The notes beneath the pieces are model-generated. The model saw only the letters and a program-made list of their open reading frames with translations. It did not search any database and was not told the origin of the DNA. A program made the translations under genes and the position numbers. A DNA stretch of 64,000 bases from an uncultured bacterium (GTDB lineage Bacteria; Pseudomonadota; Gammaproteobacteria; Burkholderiales; SG8-39), in contig CBDDRX010000093.1 of the NCBI GenBank assembly GCA_965233165.1, forward strand, positions 21,528-85,527. The letters run 5' to 3'. Below are positions 8,443 to 18,082 of this stretch, in pieces (the stretch's first letter is position 1; the number at the start of each line of letters is the position of its first letter).

Positions 8443-9598
8443 ACCACGCGATCGCGACGCCGATCGCGGCGATGAGCGGCAGCGCGAGGAGGTTGACGCG
8501 CTCCCAGCCGCCGAGCGTCACGGTCATCCCGGCGCTGAAGGACGAGAGCACCATGACGATGAAGATCGCCTGGTCGTTCGCGCCCTGCGCCTTCGCCAGC
8601 TCCTCCGGGCGGTAGGTCTCGGTGAGGAGCGTCGTGCCGCCGATGTAGAGGAAGTTCCAGCCGACCCCGAGCAGCACCAGCGCCCACCAGAAGTGCGCGA
8701 GCGTGATCCCGGAAAGGGCGATGGCGATGGTGACCAGGTTGAGCGCCACGCCGATCGCCAGCACCGGCAGCACGCCGATGCGGCGGATGAGCGGCCCGGT
8801 GACGAACGACGGCGCGAACATGCCGATCACGTGGGAGGAGATCACGAAGGCGGCATCGCCGTAGGTGTGGCCGCAGGCCTGCATCGCGATCGGCGTGCCG
8901 GTCATGACGAAGTTCATGACGCCGTAGCCGATCGCGCCGCACAGCACCGCGACGATGAACTTCGGCTGCGCGGCAATGACGGAGAGCGGCCGGCCCTTCG
9001 CTTCCCGCGAAGAAGGCGTCGGATCGGGAATGCGCAGGAAGCGCAGCAGGACCATCGTGACGATCGCGAAGCCGATCAGGGCGAGATAGGCGCCCAGGAA
9101 ACGCGGGCCGAGCAGGTCGACGGTGAAGCGGCTGGTGGTGGGGCCGAGGATGCCGCCCACCAGGCCGCCCGCGAGCACGAGCGAGATGGCGGTCGCCTTG
9201 AAGTCCGGGCCGGCCGCGTCGGCGGCGGCGAAGCGGTAGTACTGCCCGTACGCGTTGTAGACGCCCCACACCAGCGTGCCGAAGCACAGCAGCCAGAAGC
9301 TCTGCAGCCAGATCGCGCCGGCGCAGATCAGCGCGCCGACGATGCCCCAGAACGTACCCGAGGTCAGGCCCGCCCGGCGCCCCACCCGCTTCATGTGCAA
9401 GGAGGCCGGCATGGTCGCGATCGCCGCGCCCAGAACCCAGCAGGTGATCGGCAGTGTGGCGAGGGCCGCGTAGGGCGCGAGCGACAGGCCGGCCAGGCCG
9501 TTGATCGCGATCAGGGTCGCGTTGTTCGTGAACAGCATCGCCTGGCACGCGGCCAGCAGGGCGACGTTGCGGCGCGCGTCGGGGCCGTTACTGTTCAT
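8402..9598 (-). CDS. MFS transporter
   Basis: 398 aa, 12 predicted TM segments, MFS loop MKRVGRRAGL. Confidence 0.85.
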   Translation of the reverse strand: MNSNGPDARRNVALLAACQAMLFTNNATLIAINGLAGLSLAPYAALATLPITCWVLGAAIATMPASLHMKRVGRRAGLTSGTFWGIVGALICAGAIWLQSFWLLCFGTLVWGVYNAYGQYYRFAAADAAGPDFKATAISLVLAGGLVGGILGPTTSRFTVDLLGPRFLGAYLALIGFAIVTMVLLRFLRIPDPTPSSREAKGRPLSVIAAQPKFIVAVLCGAIGYGVMNFVMTGTPIAMQACGHTYGDAAFVISSHVIGMFAPSFVTGPLIRRIGVLPVLAIGVALNLVTIAIALSGITLAHFWWALVLLGVGWNFLYIGGTTLLTETYRPEELAKAQGANDQAIFIVMVLSSFSAGMTVTLGGWERVNLLALPLIAAIGVAIAWYAVTSARHAPAAR

Positions 9599-9618
9599 TC
9601 ATACAGTACAGGAGTAGG

Positions 9619-10713
9619 ATGCCCGGGATGAGAGAGGACAAGATCAAGCTGCATCTTCGCGGTGCGCGCTCGTTCATGCAAGGCCGTTTCGAGAGCGCGG
9701 CGCGCGAGGCCTTCGACGACGGCTGGACGCCCGAGGAGCGGGACGCCGCCGAGCTGAAGACCGAGGTGACGATCGAGCGGGCCCGCTCGATCCTTTCGCA
9801 TAACGACTCGCCGGACGTCGGCTTCGATCGCTCGATCAACCCGTACAGGGGCTGCGAGCACGGCTGCATCTACTGTTATGCCCGGCCGAGCCACGCCTAC
9901 CTCGAGCTCTCACCCGGCCTCGACTTCGAGACGAAGCTCTTCGCCAAGACGAACGCCGCCGAGCTGCTGCGCGAGGCGCTTGCCAAGCCCGGGTACGCGC
10001 CCAGCCCGATCGCCCTCGGCGCGAACACCGACTGCTACCAGCCGATCGAGCGCAAGTACCGGATCACGCGGCAGATCCTGGAGGTGCTCGCCGAGTGCGA
10101 CCACCCGGTGACGCTGGTGACGAAATCCGCTCTGGTAGAGAGAGATCTCGATCTGCTTAAGGAACTTGCTTCCAAGAACCTCGTGAAAGTGTTCGTATCC
10201 ATAGGTACCCTCGACCGCGAGCTCGCGCGCAAGCTCGAGCCGCGCGCCGCCAGCCCGCAACGCCGCCTCGACGTCCTGAAAGCGCTCAAGGAGAACGGGG
10301 TCCCTTGCGGCGTCATGGTGGCCGCGCTCATCCCGGCCCTGAACGACAAGACGATGGAGCAGGTCCTCGAGGCCGCGGCGGCCGCGGGCGCGGAGGAAGC
10401 CGCCTACGTCGTGATGCGCCTGCCGAACGAGCTGAAGGAGCTGTTCAAGGAATGGCTTGCCACGCACTACCCGCAGCGCGCCGACCACGTGATCAGCATC
10501 ATCCACCAGATGCGCGGCGGGCGCCACAACGACCCGCGTTACGGCACCCGCATGACCGGCGTGGGCAACTTCGCCGAGCTGATCGAGAAGCGGTTCGAGA
10601 TCGCCTGCCGCCGCTTCGGCCTGAATGGGCACGGCGCGCCCCGGCAGCGCGCCCACCTCGACTGCAGCCGCTTCCGGCCGCCCGCGCTTGGCGGGCAGAT
10701 GAAGCTCTTCTGA
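9619..10713 (+). CDS. PA0069-family radical SAM protein
   Basis: 364 aa with the CxxxCxxC cluster motif CEHGCIYC. SD AGGAG lies 5 nt upstream of the ATG. Confidence 0.9.
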   Translation: MPGMREDKIKLHLRGARSFMQGRFESAAREAFDDGWTPEERDAAELKTEVTIERARSILSHNDSPDVGFDRSINPYRGCEHGCIYCYARPSHAYLELSPGLDFETKLFAKTNAAELLREALAKPGYAPSPIALGANTDCYQPIERKYRITRQILEVLAECDHPVTLVTKSALVERDLDLLKELASKNLVKVFVSIGTLDRELARKLEPRAASPQRRLDVLKALKENGVPCGVMVAALIPALNDKTMEQVLEAAAAAGAEEAAYVVMRLPNELKELFKEWLATHYPQRADHVISIIHQMRGGRHNDPRYGTRMTGVGNFAELIEKRFEIACRRFGLNGHGAPRQRAHLDCSRFRPPALGGQMKLF

Positions 10714-11054
10714 GGCGCGCCGCGCAGGTCGGCGCGGGCTGGGCGTGGGCGGCGGCGATCGTCGCGCTCTCGCTCATGCCCTCGCCGCCCGAGACCGGCA
10801 TCGAGGGCGGCGACAAGCTCGGGCACCTCGCCGCGTACGCAAGCCTGATGCTGTGGTTCTGCTTCCTCTACCGGGGACTCCCGGCGCGCGTTTCATACGC
10901 CCTCGGGTTCGCCGCCATGGGCGTGGCGCTGGAATTCGCCCAGGGCGCGCTCGGCTACCGCCTCTACGACACCGCCGACATGGCGGCGAACGCGCTCGGC
11001 GTGCTGCTCGGCTGGGCCATCGCCGGCGCAGCCCCTACAATCCTGCGGCGTTGA
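10710..11054 (+). CDS. VanZ-like family membrane protein
   Basis: The frame of track ORF 10305..11054 carries the VanZ signature GGDKLGHLAAYASLMLWF. G/C third-position bias switches on exactly at CTG 10710, which overlaps the radical SAM stop as CTGA. The first canonical start, ATG 10776, would delete the first TM helix. The start is uncertain. Confidence 0.6.
   Translation: MRRAAQVGAGWAWAAAIVALSLMPSPPETGIEGGDKLGHLAAYASLMLWFCFLYRGLPARVSYALGFAAMGVALEFAQGALGYRLYDTADMAANALGVLLGWAIAGAAPTILRR
11036..11041 (+). promoter_or_regulatory. -10-like TACAAT 9 nt upstream of the MATE start codon
   Basis: TACAAT lies inside the VanZ 3' end. There is no SD between it and TTG 11051. Confidence 0.25.
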
Positions 11055-12382
11055 ACCCAGCCACCGAGCGCCTCCTCTCCGCGCCGATCCTCCCGACCCT
11101 GCTGCGGCTCTCCGCGCCGGGCGTCCTGCTGGTGGTATTCCAGTCGATGGTGGCGATCGCAGACACCTACTTCGTGGGACGGCTGGGCACGCCGCCCCTC
11201 GCCAGCCTCGCGCTCGTCTTCCCGTTGATCATGCTGCTGCAGATGACCTCGGCCGGCGCGATGGGCGGCGGCGTGTCCTCCGCGATCGCGCGCGCGCTCG
11301 GCGCGGGCAACCCGGCCGCGGCGCGCCGGCTGGTGATCCATTCCCTGGTCATCGCCGCGGGCATGGGCATCGCGTTTACCGTGCTGGTCCTTCTGTTTGG
11401 CAGGGGCCTCTATGCGCTGCTCGGGGGAACCGGCGAAGTGCTCGGCCACGCGCTCGTGTACTCCAACGTGCTCTTCGCCGGCGCCATCGTGGTCTGGATC
11501 GCCAATACGCTTTCGAGCGTGCTGCGCGGCACGGGCAACATGCTGGTCCCGGCCGTGACGCTCGTCGCCGCCGCGGTCCTGCACGTGCCGCTCAGCGGTG
11601 CGCTGGTCCTCGGCCTGGGCCCCCTGCCGCGCCTCGGCATCGCCGGCGCCGGCATCGCCTACGTCGCGAGCTTCAGCCTCGCGGCGATCGCCATGGGCCT
11701 GTTCGTGTTCCGGCGCGGCAGCCCGCTGCGCCCGCACGCGGGCGATTTCCGGCTGGAAGGCCGGCTCTTCCGCGACATCCTGCGCGTGGGCGGCGTCTCG
11801 GTGCTGAACGCCTGCCAGACCGTGCTCACCGCGGTGATCCTGACCGGCTTCGTCGGCCGCTACGGCGCGGCGGCGCTTGCGGGGTACGGCGTGGGCCTGC
11901 GCCTCGAGTTCCTGCAGATCCCGCTCGTCTTCGCCGTCGGCCAGGCGCTCGTCGTGCTCGTCGGCACCCACGTCGGCGCGGGCCGGGTGGCGCGCGCGAA
12001 GCGCATCGCGTGGCTCGGCGCGGCGCTCGGCGCAGGGATCTCGCTGCTCATCGGCATCACCGTGTCCGTGGCACCCCGGCTGTGGATGGGCCTGTTCAGC
12101 GCGGATCCGGAGGTGCTGGAAAGCGGCACGCGCTACCTGCGCACGGTGGCGCCGTTCTATCCGTTCCTCGCGGCCAGCATCGCCCTTTACTTCGCCTCGC
12201 AAGGCGCCGGCCACGTGGCGCGCACCGTTCTGGCCGGCACGGCGCGCCTGGCGATCGTCCTTGCCGGCGGAATGCTCGCGGGCAGCCTCGCTACCCTCTA
12301 TGGCGTCATCGCGCTCGGGATGGTCGCGGCGGGGCTCGGCACGATCTGGGTCGTGGCGAAGACCGACTGGAGCCGGCGCTAG
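11051..12382 (+). CDS. MATE family efflux transporter
   Basis: Track ORF 10745..12382 trimmed to TTG 11051, which overlaps the VanZ stop as TTGA. 443 aa, 12 TM, with a typical MATE N-terminus (LLRLSAPGVLLVVFQSMVAIADTYFVGRLG). Confidence 0.85.
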   Translation: MNPATERLLSAPILPTLLRLSAPGVLLVVFQSMVAIADTYFVGRLGTPPLASLALVFPLIMLLQMTSAGAMGGGVSSAIARALGAGNPAAARRLVIHSLVIAAGMGIAFTVLVLLFGRGLYALLGGTGEVLGHALVYSNVLFAGAIVVWIANTLSSVLRGTGNMLVPAVTLVAAAVLHVPLSGALVLGLGPLPRLGIAGAGIAYVASFSLAAIAMGLFVFRRGSPLRPHAGDFRLEGRLFRDILRVGGVSVLNACQTVLTAVILTGFVGRYGAAALAGYGVGLRLEFLQIPLVFAVGQALVVLVGTHVGAGRVARAKRIAWLGAALGAGISLLIGITVSVAPRLWMGLFSADPEVLESGTRYLRTVAPFYPFLAASIALYFASQGAGHVARTVLAGTARLAIVLAGGMLAGSLATLYGVIALGMVAAGLGTIWVVAKTDWSRR

Positions 12383-13176
12383 CGGCCGGCGAAGAACGCG
12401 ATCAGCGCGTCGAGCGTCGCATCCGGCGCTTCGGCCATCAGCGTGTGCCCGGCGGTGGCGGCCTGCACGCTCTGCGCATTCGTGAACGCCTGCGAGAAAG
12501 CGACCCCCGACTTCATGGGCGTCATCGTGTCGCGCCGGCCGAGGACGAAGAGCACCGGGCAGCGGACCTTCGCCGCGCTTTCGATGCCGGCCGCGTAGTC
12601 GTTGCACGCCTTGAGGTCGTTGTAGAGCACGCCGGGCGCGAGGCGCCCGAGGCGGGCGAGCGCGTCGCCATACATCCACATGCCCGGGTTCGGGTTGGCG
12701 CCGAGGGGCACCTGTGCCGCATGGCCCCAGATCGTCTCCATGTCGAACGCGGCGGGCTCGTTCTTGCGCGCCGCCTCGAGGAAGGCCTCGCCGACCTTCA
12801 TCGGGAAGCCCGTGCCGACGAGCGCGATGCGCTCCACGCGCGCGGGCTGCGCGGCCGCGCATTCCACCGCGATGAGCGAGCCCAGCGAATGGCCGACGAG
12901 CGAGGCCTTCTCGATCCTGAGCGCATCCAGCAGCGCCAGCACCCACCCGGCCATCGCGCCGACGGTCGGCAGCGGCGGCCCCTCGGAGCGGCCGTGGCCG
13001 GGAAGGTCGACCGCCAGCACGTTCCAGCCGTGGTAGCCGAAGTAGCGGCTCTGCAGCGCGAAGGACGAATGGTCGAGGCCCGCGCCGTGCACGAACACCA
13101 CCGTCGGCTTCTTCGGGTCGAGCTCGTGCGCCGCCGTGTACGCAAACGCGCGCTTGTCCTGGAGGCGGAGCTCCAT
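12379..13176 (-). CDS. alpha/beta hydrolase
   Basis: Track ORF trimmed to ATG 13176 (MELRLQDKRAF...). 265 aa with the oxyanion motif VHGAG and nucleophile elbow GHSLGS. TGATG overlap with metY. Confidence 0.85.
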   Translation of the reverse strand: MELRLQDKRAFAYTAAHELDPKKPTVVFVHGAGLDHSSFALQSRYFGYHGWNVLAVDLPGHGRSEGPPLPTVGAMAGWVLALLDALRIEKASLVGHSLGSLIAVECAAAQPARVERIALVGTGFPMKVGEAFLEAARKNEPAAFDMETIWGHAAQVPLGANPNPGMWMYGDALARLGRLAPGVLYNDLKACNDYAAGIESAAKVRCPVLFVLGRRDTMTPMKSGVAFSQAFTNAQSVQAATAGHTLMAEAPDATLDALIAFFAGR

Positions 13177-14471
13177 CAGGCCCGGGCAGCGGCTTTCAGC
13201 GCCCGATCGAGGTCGTCGACGAGGTCCTGCGGATCCTCGAGGCCGATCGACAGGCGCACGGTGCCGGCGGCGATGCCGGCGCGCTTCAGGTCCTCGTCGC
13301 TCATGCGGTAGTGCGTCGTAGTCGCGGGATGGATGACCAGCGATTTGGCGTCGCCGACGTTCGCCAGGTGCGAGAACACGCGCAGCGCCTCGATGAACGC
13401 CTTGCCGGCCGGCCTTCCTCCCTTGATGTTGAACGAGAACACCGCGCCGGCGCCCTTCGGCAGCAGGCGCCTGCACAGCGCGTGGTCCGGGTGCGCCGGT
13501 AGCTCGGGATAGATGACGGTCTCGACCTGCGCATGGGAGGCGAGGAACTTCACCACCTCGCGCGTGTTCTCCACGTGGCGCGGCATCCGCACATGCAGGG
13601 TCTCCACGCCCTGCAGGATCTGGAAAGCCGTCATCGGCGCCATGCAGGCGCCGAAGTCGCGCAGGCCCTCGCGGCGCGCGCGCAGCAGGAAGGCGCGCGT
13701 GCCCGACTCCTCCTCGAAGTCCATGTTGTGGAAGCCCGAGTACGGCGCGGTCAGCGTCTCGAACTTGCCCGACGCCTCCCAGTCGAAGCGCCCCGAGTCC
13801 ACGAGCACGCCGCCGATCGCCACGCCGTGCCCGCCCAGGAACTTGGTGGCCGAGTGGTACAGCAGGTCGGCGCCGAGCGCGAAGGGCTTCATGAGGTACG
13901 GCGTGGTGAACGTCGCGTCCACCAGCAGCGGGAGCTTCGCCTCGTGCGCGATCGCCGAGACGGCCGGGATATCGAGCACGTCCAAGCCCGGGTTGCCGAG
14001 CGTCTCGCCGAATAGGAGCCGCGTATTGCTTTTTATGGCGTTGCGGAAGTTGGCGGGATCGCGTGGCGAGACGAAGGTCGTATCGATCCCGAAGCGCTTC
14101 ATCGTGTAGGCGAGCAGGTTGTGCGAGCCGCCGTAGAGCGCCCCCGAGGCGACGATGTGGCTCCCCGCGCCCATGAGGGTCGCGACCGCCAGGTGCAGCG
14201 CGGCCTGGCCGGAGGCGGTGGCGATGGCGCCGACGCCGCCCTCGAGCGCGGCGATGCGCTCCTCCAGGACCGCGACCGTCGGGTTGGAGATGCGCGAGTA
14301 CACGTGCCCCGCGCGCTCCATGTTGAAGAGCGAGGCGGCGTGCTCGGTGTCGCGGAAGACGTACGAGGTGGTCTGGTAGACCGGGACCGCGCGGGCGCCC
14401 GTCGCGGGATCGGGCGACTGGCCCGCGTGCAGCGCGAGCGTGTCGAAACCGGGGTACTTGGGTCCGGCCAA
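13176..14471 (-). CDS. metY: O-acetylhomoserine sulfhydrylase (aminocarboxypropyltransferase)
   Basis: 431 aa of the Cys/Met-metabolism PLP family (HAGQ...VPVYQTTSY..., SATKFLGGHG lysine motif). TTG start at 14471. Confidence 0.9.
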   Translation of the reverse strand: MAGPKYPGFDTLALHAGQSPDPATGARAVPVYQTTSYVFRDTEHAASLFNMERAGHVYSRISNPTVAVLEERIAALEGGVGAIATASGQAALHLAVATLMGAGSHIVASGALYGGSHNLLAYTMKRFGIDTTFVSPRDPANFRNAIKSNTRLLFGETLGNPGLDVLDIPAVSAIAHEAKLPLLVDATFTTPYLMKPFALGADLLYHSATKFLGGHGVAIGGVLVDSGRFDWEASGKFETLTAPYSGFHNMDFEEESGTRAFLLRARREGLRDFGACMAPMTAFQILQGVETLHVRMPRHVENTREVVKFLASHAQVETVIYPELPAHPDHALCRRLLPKGAGAVFSFNIKGGRPAGKAFIEALRVFSHLANVGDAKSLVIHPATTTHYRMSDEDLKRAGIAAGTVRLSIGLEDPQDLVDDLDRALKAAARA

Positions 14472-14473
14472 GC

Positions 14474-15028
14474 CTAGTGGAGGTTCTTGCGCGACGGCCG
14501 CGTGTGGGTTTCGAAGGCGCGCTCGGGCTTCTTCTCCTGCGACGCCTTCTCCGTCCAGTCGCGGTCGAACAGCTCGTTGACGATCGCCGCGACGCGGCCG
14601 ACCTCGGCCTTGTCGAACTGGCGGCCGAGCACCGCCGCGACGTCCTCGAGCATGCAGCGGCGCTGCGCCTCGTGGATCGCCTTGGCGGTCGGGCCGACGA
14701 AGAGCAGCTTCGACTCCTGCTCGCCGTTCTCGTGGTAGACGGTGAGGTCGACCTCGACCGCCTCGTAGCAGAACGGGCCGAGGTTATCGAGCGCCTGCTC
14801 GAACGCCGGATGGAAGCTGCGGCCGACCTCGCCGGTCCAGCACATGGTGAGGAGCAGCTCCTTCTCGTCGTACTTGATGCCCGGCTCGTCGGGCTCGACG
14901 CTCTTCACGTCGGCGATGCCGTCGGCGTCGAGGTACTCGAGCCAGGGCGCGAGCGCCTGTTCGACCTGGCGCCGCGAAACGCCTTCGAGAATGGGGACGT
15001 CGGCATGGACGTGGACTTCGTGCCGCAT
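14474..15028 (-). CDS. hypothetical protein (184 aa, acidic)
   Basis: ATG 15028 with SD GAGAGG 9 nt upstream and consistent G/C third positions. The stop lies 2 nt before the metY start. No family recognised. Confidence 0.6.
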   Translation of the reverse strand: MRHEVHVHADVPILEGVSRRQVEQALAPWLEYLDADGIADVKSVEPDEPGIKYDEKELLLTMCWTGEVGRSFHPAFEQALDNLGPFCYEAVEVDLTVYHENGEQESKLLFVGPTAKAIHEAQRRCMLEDVAAVLGRQFDKAEVGRVAAIVNELFDRDWTEKASQEKKPERAFETHTRPSRKNLH

Positions 15029-15056
15029 GGGAATTTGCCTCTCGAGGGAGCCGGCA

Positions 15057-15071
15057 ATTCTACCCTACAAT
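15057..15071. promoter_or_regulatory. back-to-back divergent -10 boxes (minus TAGAAT 15062-15057, plus TACAAT 15066-15071)
   Basis: The 50-nt divergent gap reads AATTCTACCCTACAATC. The plus-strand box ends 7 nt before ATG 15079 with no SD. The minus-strand box lies about 28 nt before ATG 15028, which has an SD. Confidence 0.35.
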
Positions 15072-15078
15072 CATCGCG

Positions 15079-16239
15079 ATGGACGCGCCGGACCGCGTGC
15101 TGCCGCGCTATGGCGGGGCCAGCCTCGTCAACCTGATGGCATCGCTCATGCAGTCGCGCGGCGCGCGCGCGCTGCATCCCACGCTCGACGCCCTGCCGCC
15201 CGCGCGTCTCGCCGCCGCGCGCAACATCGTGCTGCTCGTCATCGACGGGCTGGGCGACCGCTACCTCATGCGGCGCGGCGCCGGCAGCGCGCTCGCCGGC
15301 CGGCGCCGCGCCGCGATCACCTCCGTATTTCCCTCGACCACCGCCTCCGCGATCACCACGACCTACACCGGTCGCACGCCGCACGAGCACGGCCTCACCG
15401 GCTGGTTCACGTACTTCGGCGAGGCCGGCTGCGTCGGCGCGCCGCTGCCGTTCATGAGCCGCGGCGACCACCGGCCGCTGCGCGAGCGCGGCGTAACGCC
15501 CCGCCAGCTGCTCACGTCCGAGCCGCTCTTCGGCGCGCTGGACACGCGCTCCTTCGTCGTCACCTCGCGCGACATCGTCGACTCCGCGTACAACCAGCGC
15601 CATTGCGCCGGCGCGCAGCGGCACGCCTACGACAGCGAAGGCGAGATGGCGCAAGCGGTCGAGGCGGTGGTGAAATCCGGGCCGGAGCGCAAGTTCGTGT
15701 ACGTGTACTGGCCGCATTACGATCGCGTGTCGCACCAGTTCGGCTGCGAGAGCGCCCAGGCGCTCTCGGAGCTCGAGAAGATCGACGCCGCGTTCGCGGA
15801 CATCGTGCGCCGGCTCGCCGGAACGGAGTCGCTCCTCGTCGCCACCGCCGACCACGGCTTCGTCGACGTGGCGCGCGAGGAATCCCTCGAGCTGCCCGCC
15901 GCGCTCGCATCGCGCCTGCGCTTTCCGCTCTGCGGGGAGCGGCGCGTCGCCTACTGCCACGTCCATGACCCGGACGATTTCACGGCGCGGGCACGCGACT
16001 GGCTGGGCGAGCGGGCGGAAGTGCGCGCGAGCGCGGCGTTCGCCGCAGAGGGCTGGTTCGGACCGGGCACGCCGCATGCCCGCTTCGGCGAGCGCATCGG
16101 CGACGTCACGCTGCTGATGCGCGGGCACTACACCGTGAAGGACTGGACGCCGGGGGAGAAGCCGTGGCTGCACATCGGCAACCACGGCGGCGCAACGGAG
16201 GATGAAATGATGATCCCGCTCATCGTGGAGGAGGCCTGA
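15079..16239 (+). CDS. alkaline phosphatase superfamily protein (nucleotide pyrophosphatase/phosphodiesterase-like)
   Basis: 386 aa with metal-site motifs VIDGLG, FPSTTASAITT and ATADHGF. Confidence 0.8.
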   Translation: MDAPDRVLPRYGGASLVNLMASLMQSRGARALHPTLDALPPARLAAARNIVLLVIDGLGDRYLMRRGAGSALAGRRRAAITSVFPSTTASAITTTYTGRTPHEHGLTGWFTYFGEAGCVGAPLPFMSRGDHRPLRERGVTPRQLLTSEPLFGALDTRSFVVTSRDIVDSAYNQRHCAGAQRHAYDSEGEMAQAVEAVVKSGPERKFVYVYWPHYDRVSHQFGCESAQALSELEKIDAAFADIVRRLAGTESLLVATADHGFVDVAREESLELPAALASRLRFPLCGERRVAYCHVHDPDDFTARARDWLGERAEVRASAAFAAEGWFGPGTPHARFGERIGDVTLLMRGHYTVKDWTPGEKPWLHIGNHGGATEDEMMIPLIVEEA

Positions 16240-17028
16240 ATGAAAGCCACCGTCAACGGCATCGACACCCACTACGAGATCCACGGCAAGCCGGGCGCGC
16301 CCTGGCTCGCCTTCAGCCATTCGCTCGCCTGCAACCTGCGCATGTGGGACGCGCAGGTGGCGGCGCTCGAGGACCGCTTCCGCATCCTGCTCTACGACAC
16401 ACGCGGCCACGGGCAGAGCGCGGCGCCGCGCGGGCCGTACACGCTCGAGGCGCTGGCCGACGACCTGCGCGCGCTGCTCAGCCAGCTCGACATCCAGCGC
16501 CTGCACTTCGTCGGCCTGTCGATGGGCGGGATGATCGGGCAGACCTTCGCGATCAGGTATCCGGGCCTGTTCAGCTCGCTCACGCTCGCCGACACGACGA
16601 GCCGCTATCCGGCGGAGGCGGCGGCGCTCTGGGCGGCGCGCATCCAGACCGCGGAGGCGCAGGGCATGCAGCCGCTCGTCCAGCCGACGCTCGAGCGCTG
16701 GTTCACCGAGCCGTTCCGCAAGCGCGCGCCCGACAAGGTACGGGCGATCGGCGGCGCCATCGCCGCCACGCCGGTCCCGGGATACGTGGGCTGCAGCCAC
16801 GCCATTCCGCGCATCGACCTGACGGCGCGCCTGAAGGAGATCACCTGCCCGGTGCTCGTCCTGTGCGGCGACCAGGACCCCGGCACGCCCCCCGCCATGG
16901 CGCGCGAGATCCATGCCAACACGCCGGGATCCCGGCTGGTGATGATCCCGGACGCCGCGCACCTGTCCAACATCGAGCAGCCCGAGGCCTTCAACAAGGC
17001 GCTCGCCGAATTCCTTACGAAGCGCTGA
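16240..17028 (+). CDS. alpha/beta hydrolase, 3-oxoadipate enol-lactonase-like
   Basis: 262 aa with HGxGxS-type features (RGHGQS) and nucleophile elbow GLSMGG. ATG abuts the upstream stop. Confidence 0.85.
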   Translation: MKATVNGIDTHYEIHGKPGAPWLAFSHSLACNLRMWDAQVAALEDRFRILLYDTRGHGQSAAPRGPYTLEALADDLRALLSQLDIQRLHFVGLSMGGMIGQTFAIRYPGLFSSLTLADTTSRYPAEAAALWAARIQTAEAQGMQPLVQPTLERWFTEPFRKRAPDKVRAIGGAIAATPVPGYVGCSHAIPRIDLTARLKEITCPVLVLCGDQDPGTPPAMAREIHANTPGSRLVMIPDAAHLSNIEQPEAFNKALAEFLTKR

Positions 17029-18082
17029 CCCCGCGCACGCCGCGATCGAGGAACTCGCGCGACTGCGCGAGCACCGCCTCGCGCCAGCGCGGCTCCGACG
17101 GGTAGTACGCCTCGTCGTACTCGCGCTGCAGCGCCGCGACGCGGTCCGGGTGCCGCGCGCCGTGGAAGCGCAGCCAGCGCTGCAGGAGCGCGCCGCGCTG
17201 CATTCCCTCGCGCGGCAGCGTGCCGAATTCGATCACGAGCGCGGTCAGCTCGGCCGCGGGGAGCTCCTGCGCGAGGGCATCGATGAGCAGGCCGCTGTAG
17301 ACGGCGAGCGCCTTGTGCGTGACCCCGGCGCGGTTCACCGCCCGCTCGCCCCACCAGGCGCGCGCGCGCTCGTGGGCCCCGGAACCGGGCGCGGCGAACG
17401 TGAGGTAGATGTGCTCGTAGCGCGGGCCGATGCCGGTGTGCAGGTCGAGGAAAGCGACGCGCTTCGCCTGGCCGAGGTTCTCGGCAAACGCGCGGCGCAA
17501 GGCGCCATTGGACCACTGGGCGCGCGCGCCGCCGAAGTAGATGCCGTCGGCGTGCGAATACTGGCCGCCATTGAATGCGTCCGAGAACGCCTGCTCGCCC
17601 ACGCGTGCGCGGTACTCCGCGAGCCTGCGGAACACCTCGGCGAGCGAGGCGTCGTCCCAGCGCTCCGGCGTGATCAGGGGGTGCACCTCGGCGTAGCCCG
17701 GATTCGCCGGGCGCGGCTGCGCGAAATCGACGAAGTTGCGGTTGAGGTCGACGTTCTCCTCGGTGACCCGCGTGCGATGCGCGAATCCCCACGGATTGTG
17801 CGCGTGCAGGAGCACGACGGCAGTACCGGCCGGCAAGCGCTTCGCGCCGCCTTCGCGCAGCCAGCCCGTGAGCGCCGCCGAGCCCGAGTAACCCTCGATG
17901 CCGTGCGTGCCGCAGCCCACCGCGAAGACGTTCGGGGCGGATGGATCGCCGAGGGTCGCCACATCGAGGAAGAGCCCCGGCTCCGGGTGCGCGTAGGACT
18001 TCACCCGCGGGCCGGCGGCATCGAGGAATTTCGCGCGCGCGTCGGCATAGGTCTCGGAAAAAGCAGCGAGCTCAGCCGCCAT
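17015..18082 (-). CDS. DUF2817 / M14-like (succinylglutamate desuccinylase-type) protein
   Basis: Track ORF trimmed to ATG 18082 (MAAELAAFSETYADARAKF...). Motifs HGIEGYSGS and NPWGFAHRTRVTEENVDLNRNF are typical of DUF2817. Confidence 0.75.
   Translation of the reverse strand: MAAELAAFSETYADARAKFLDAAGPRVKSYAHPEPGLFLDVATLGDPSAPNVFAVGCGTHGIEGYSGSAALTGWLREGGAKRLPAGTAVVLLHAHNPWGFAHRTRVTEENVDLNRNFVDFAQPRPANPGYAEVHPLITPERWDDASLAEVFRRLAEYRARVGEQAFSDAFNGGQYSHADGIYFGGARAQWSNGALRRAFAENLGQAKRVAFLDLHTGIGPRYEHIYLTFAAPGSGAHERARAWWGERAVNRAGVTHKALAVYSGLLIDALAQELPAAELTALVIEFGTLPREGMQRGALLQRWLRFHGARHPDRVAALQREYDEAYYPSEPRWREAVLAQSREFLDRGVRGVSAS

Noticed and set aside
8051-9631. 526-aa plus-strand ORF
   Set aside because: It is antisense to the DSD1-family and MFS genes. 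It is extremely Arg/Asp/Glu/Gly-rich with no motif.
10745-12382. Single 545-aa protein as listed in the track
   Set aside because: The first about 100 codons lie over the VanZ-like gene in another frame and lack coding bias. The MATE homology begins at TTG 11051.
15079-16239. Alkaline-phosphatase-fold protein as a PglZ/BREX-type defence component
   Set aside because: No other BREX-like genes (methyltransferase, ATPase, Lon-like) are nearby. The size and motifs fit a stand-alone nucleotide pyrophosphatase/phosphodiesterase family.
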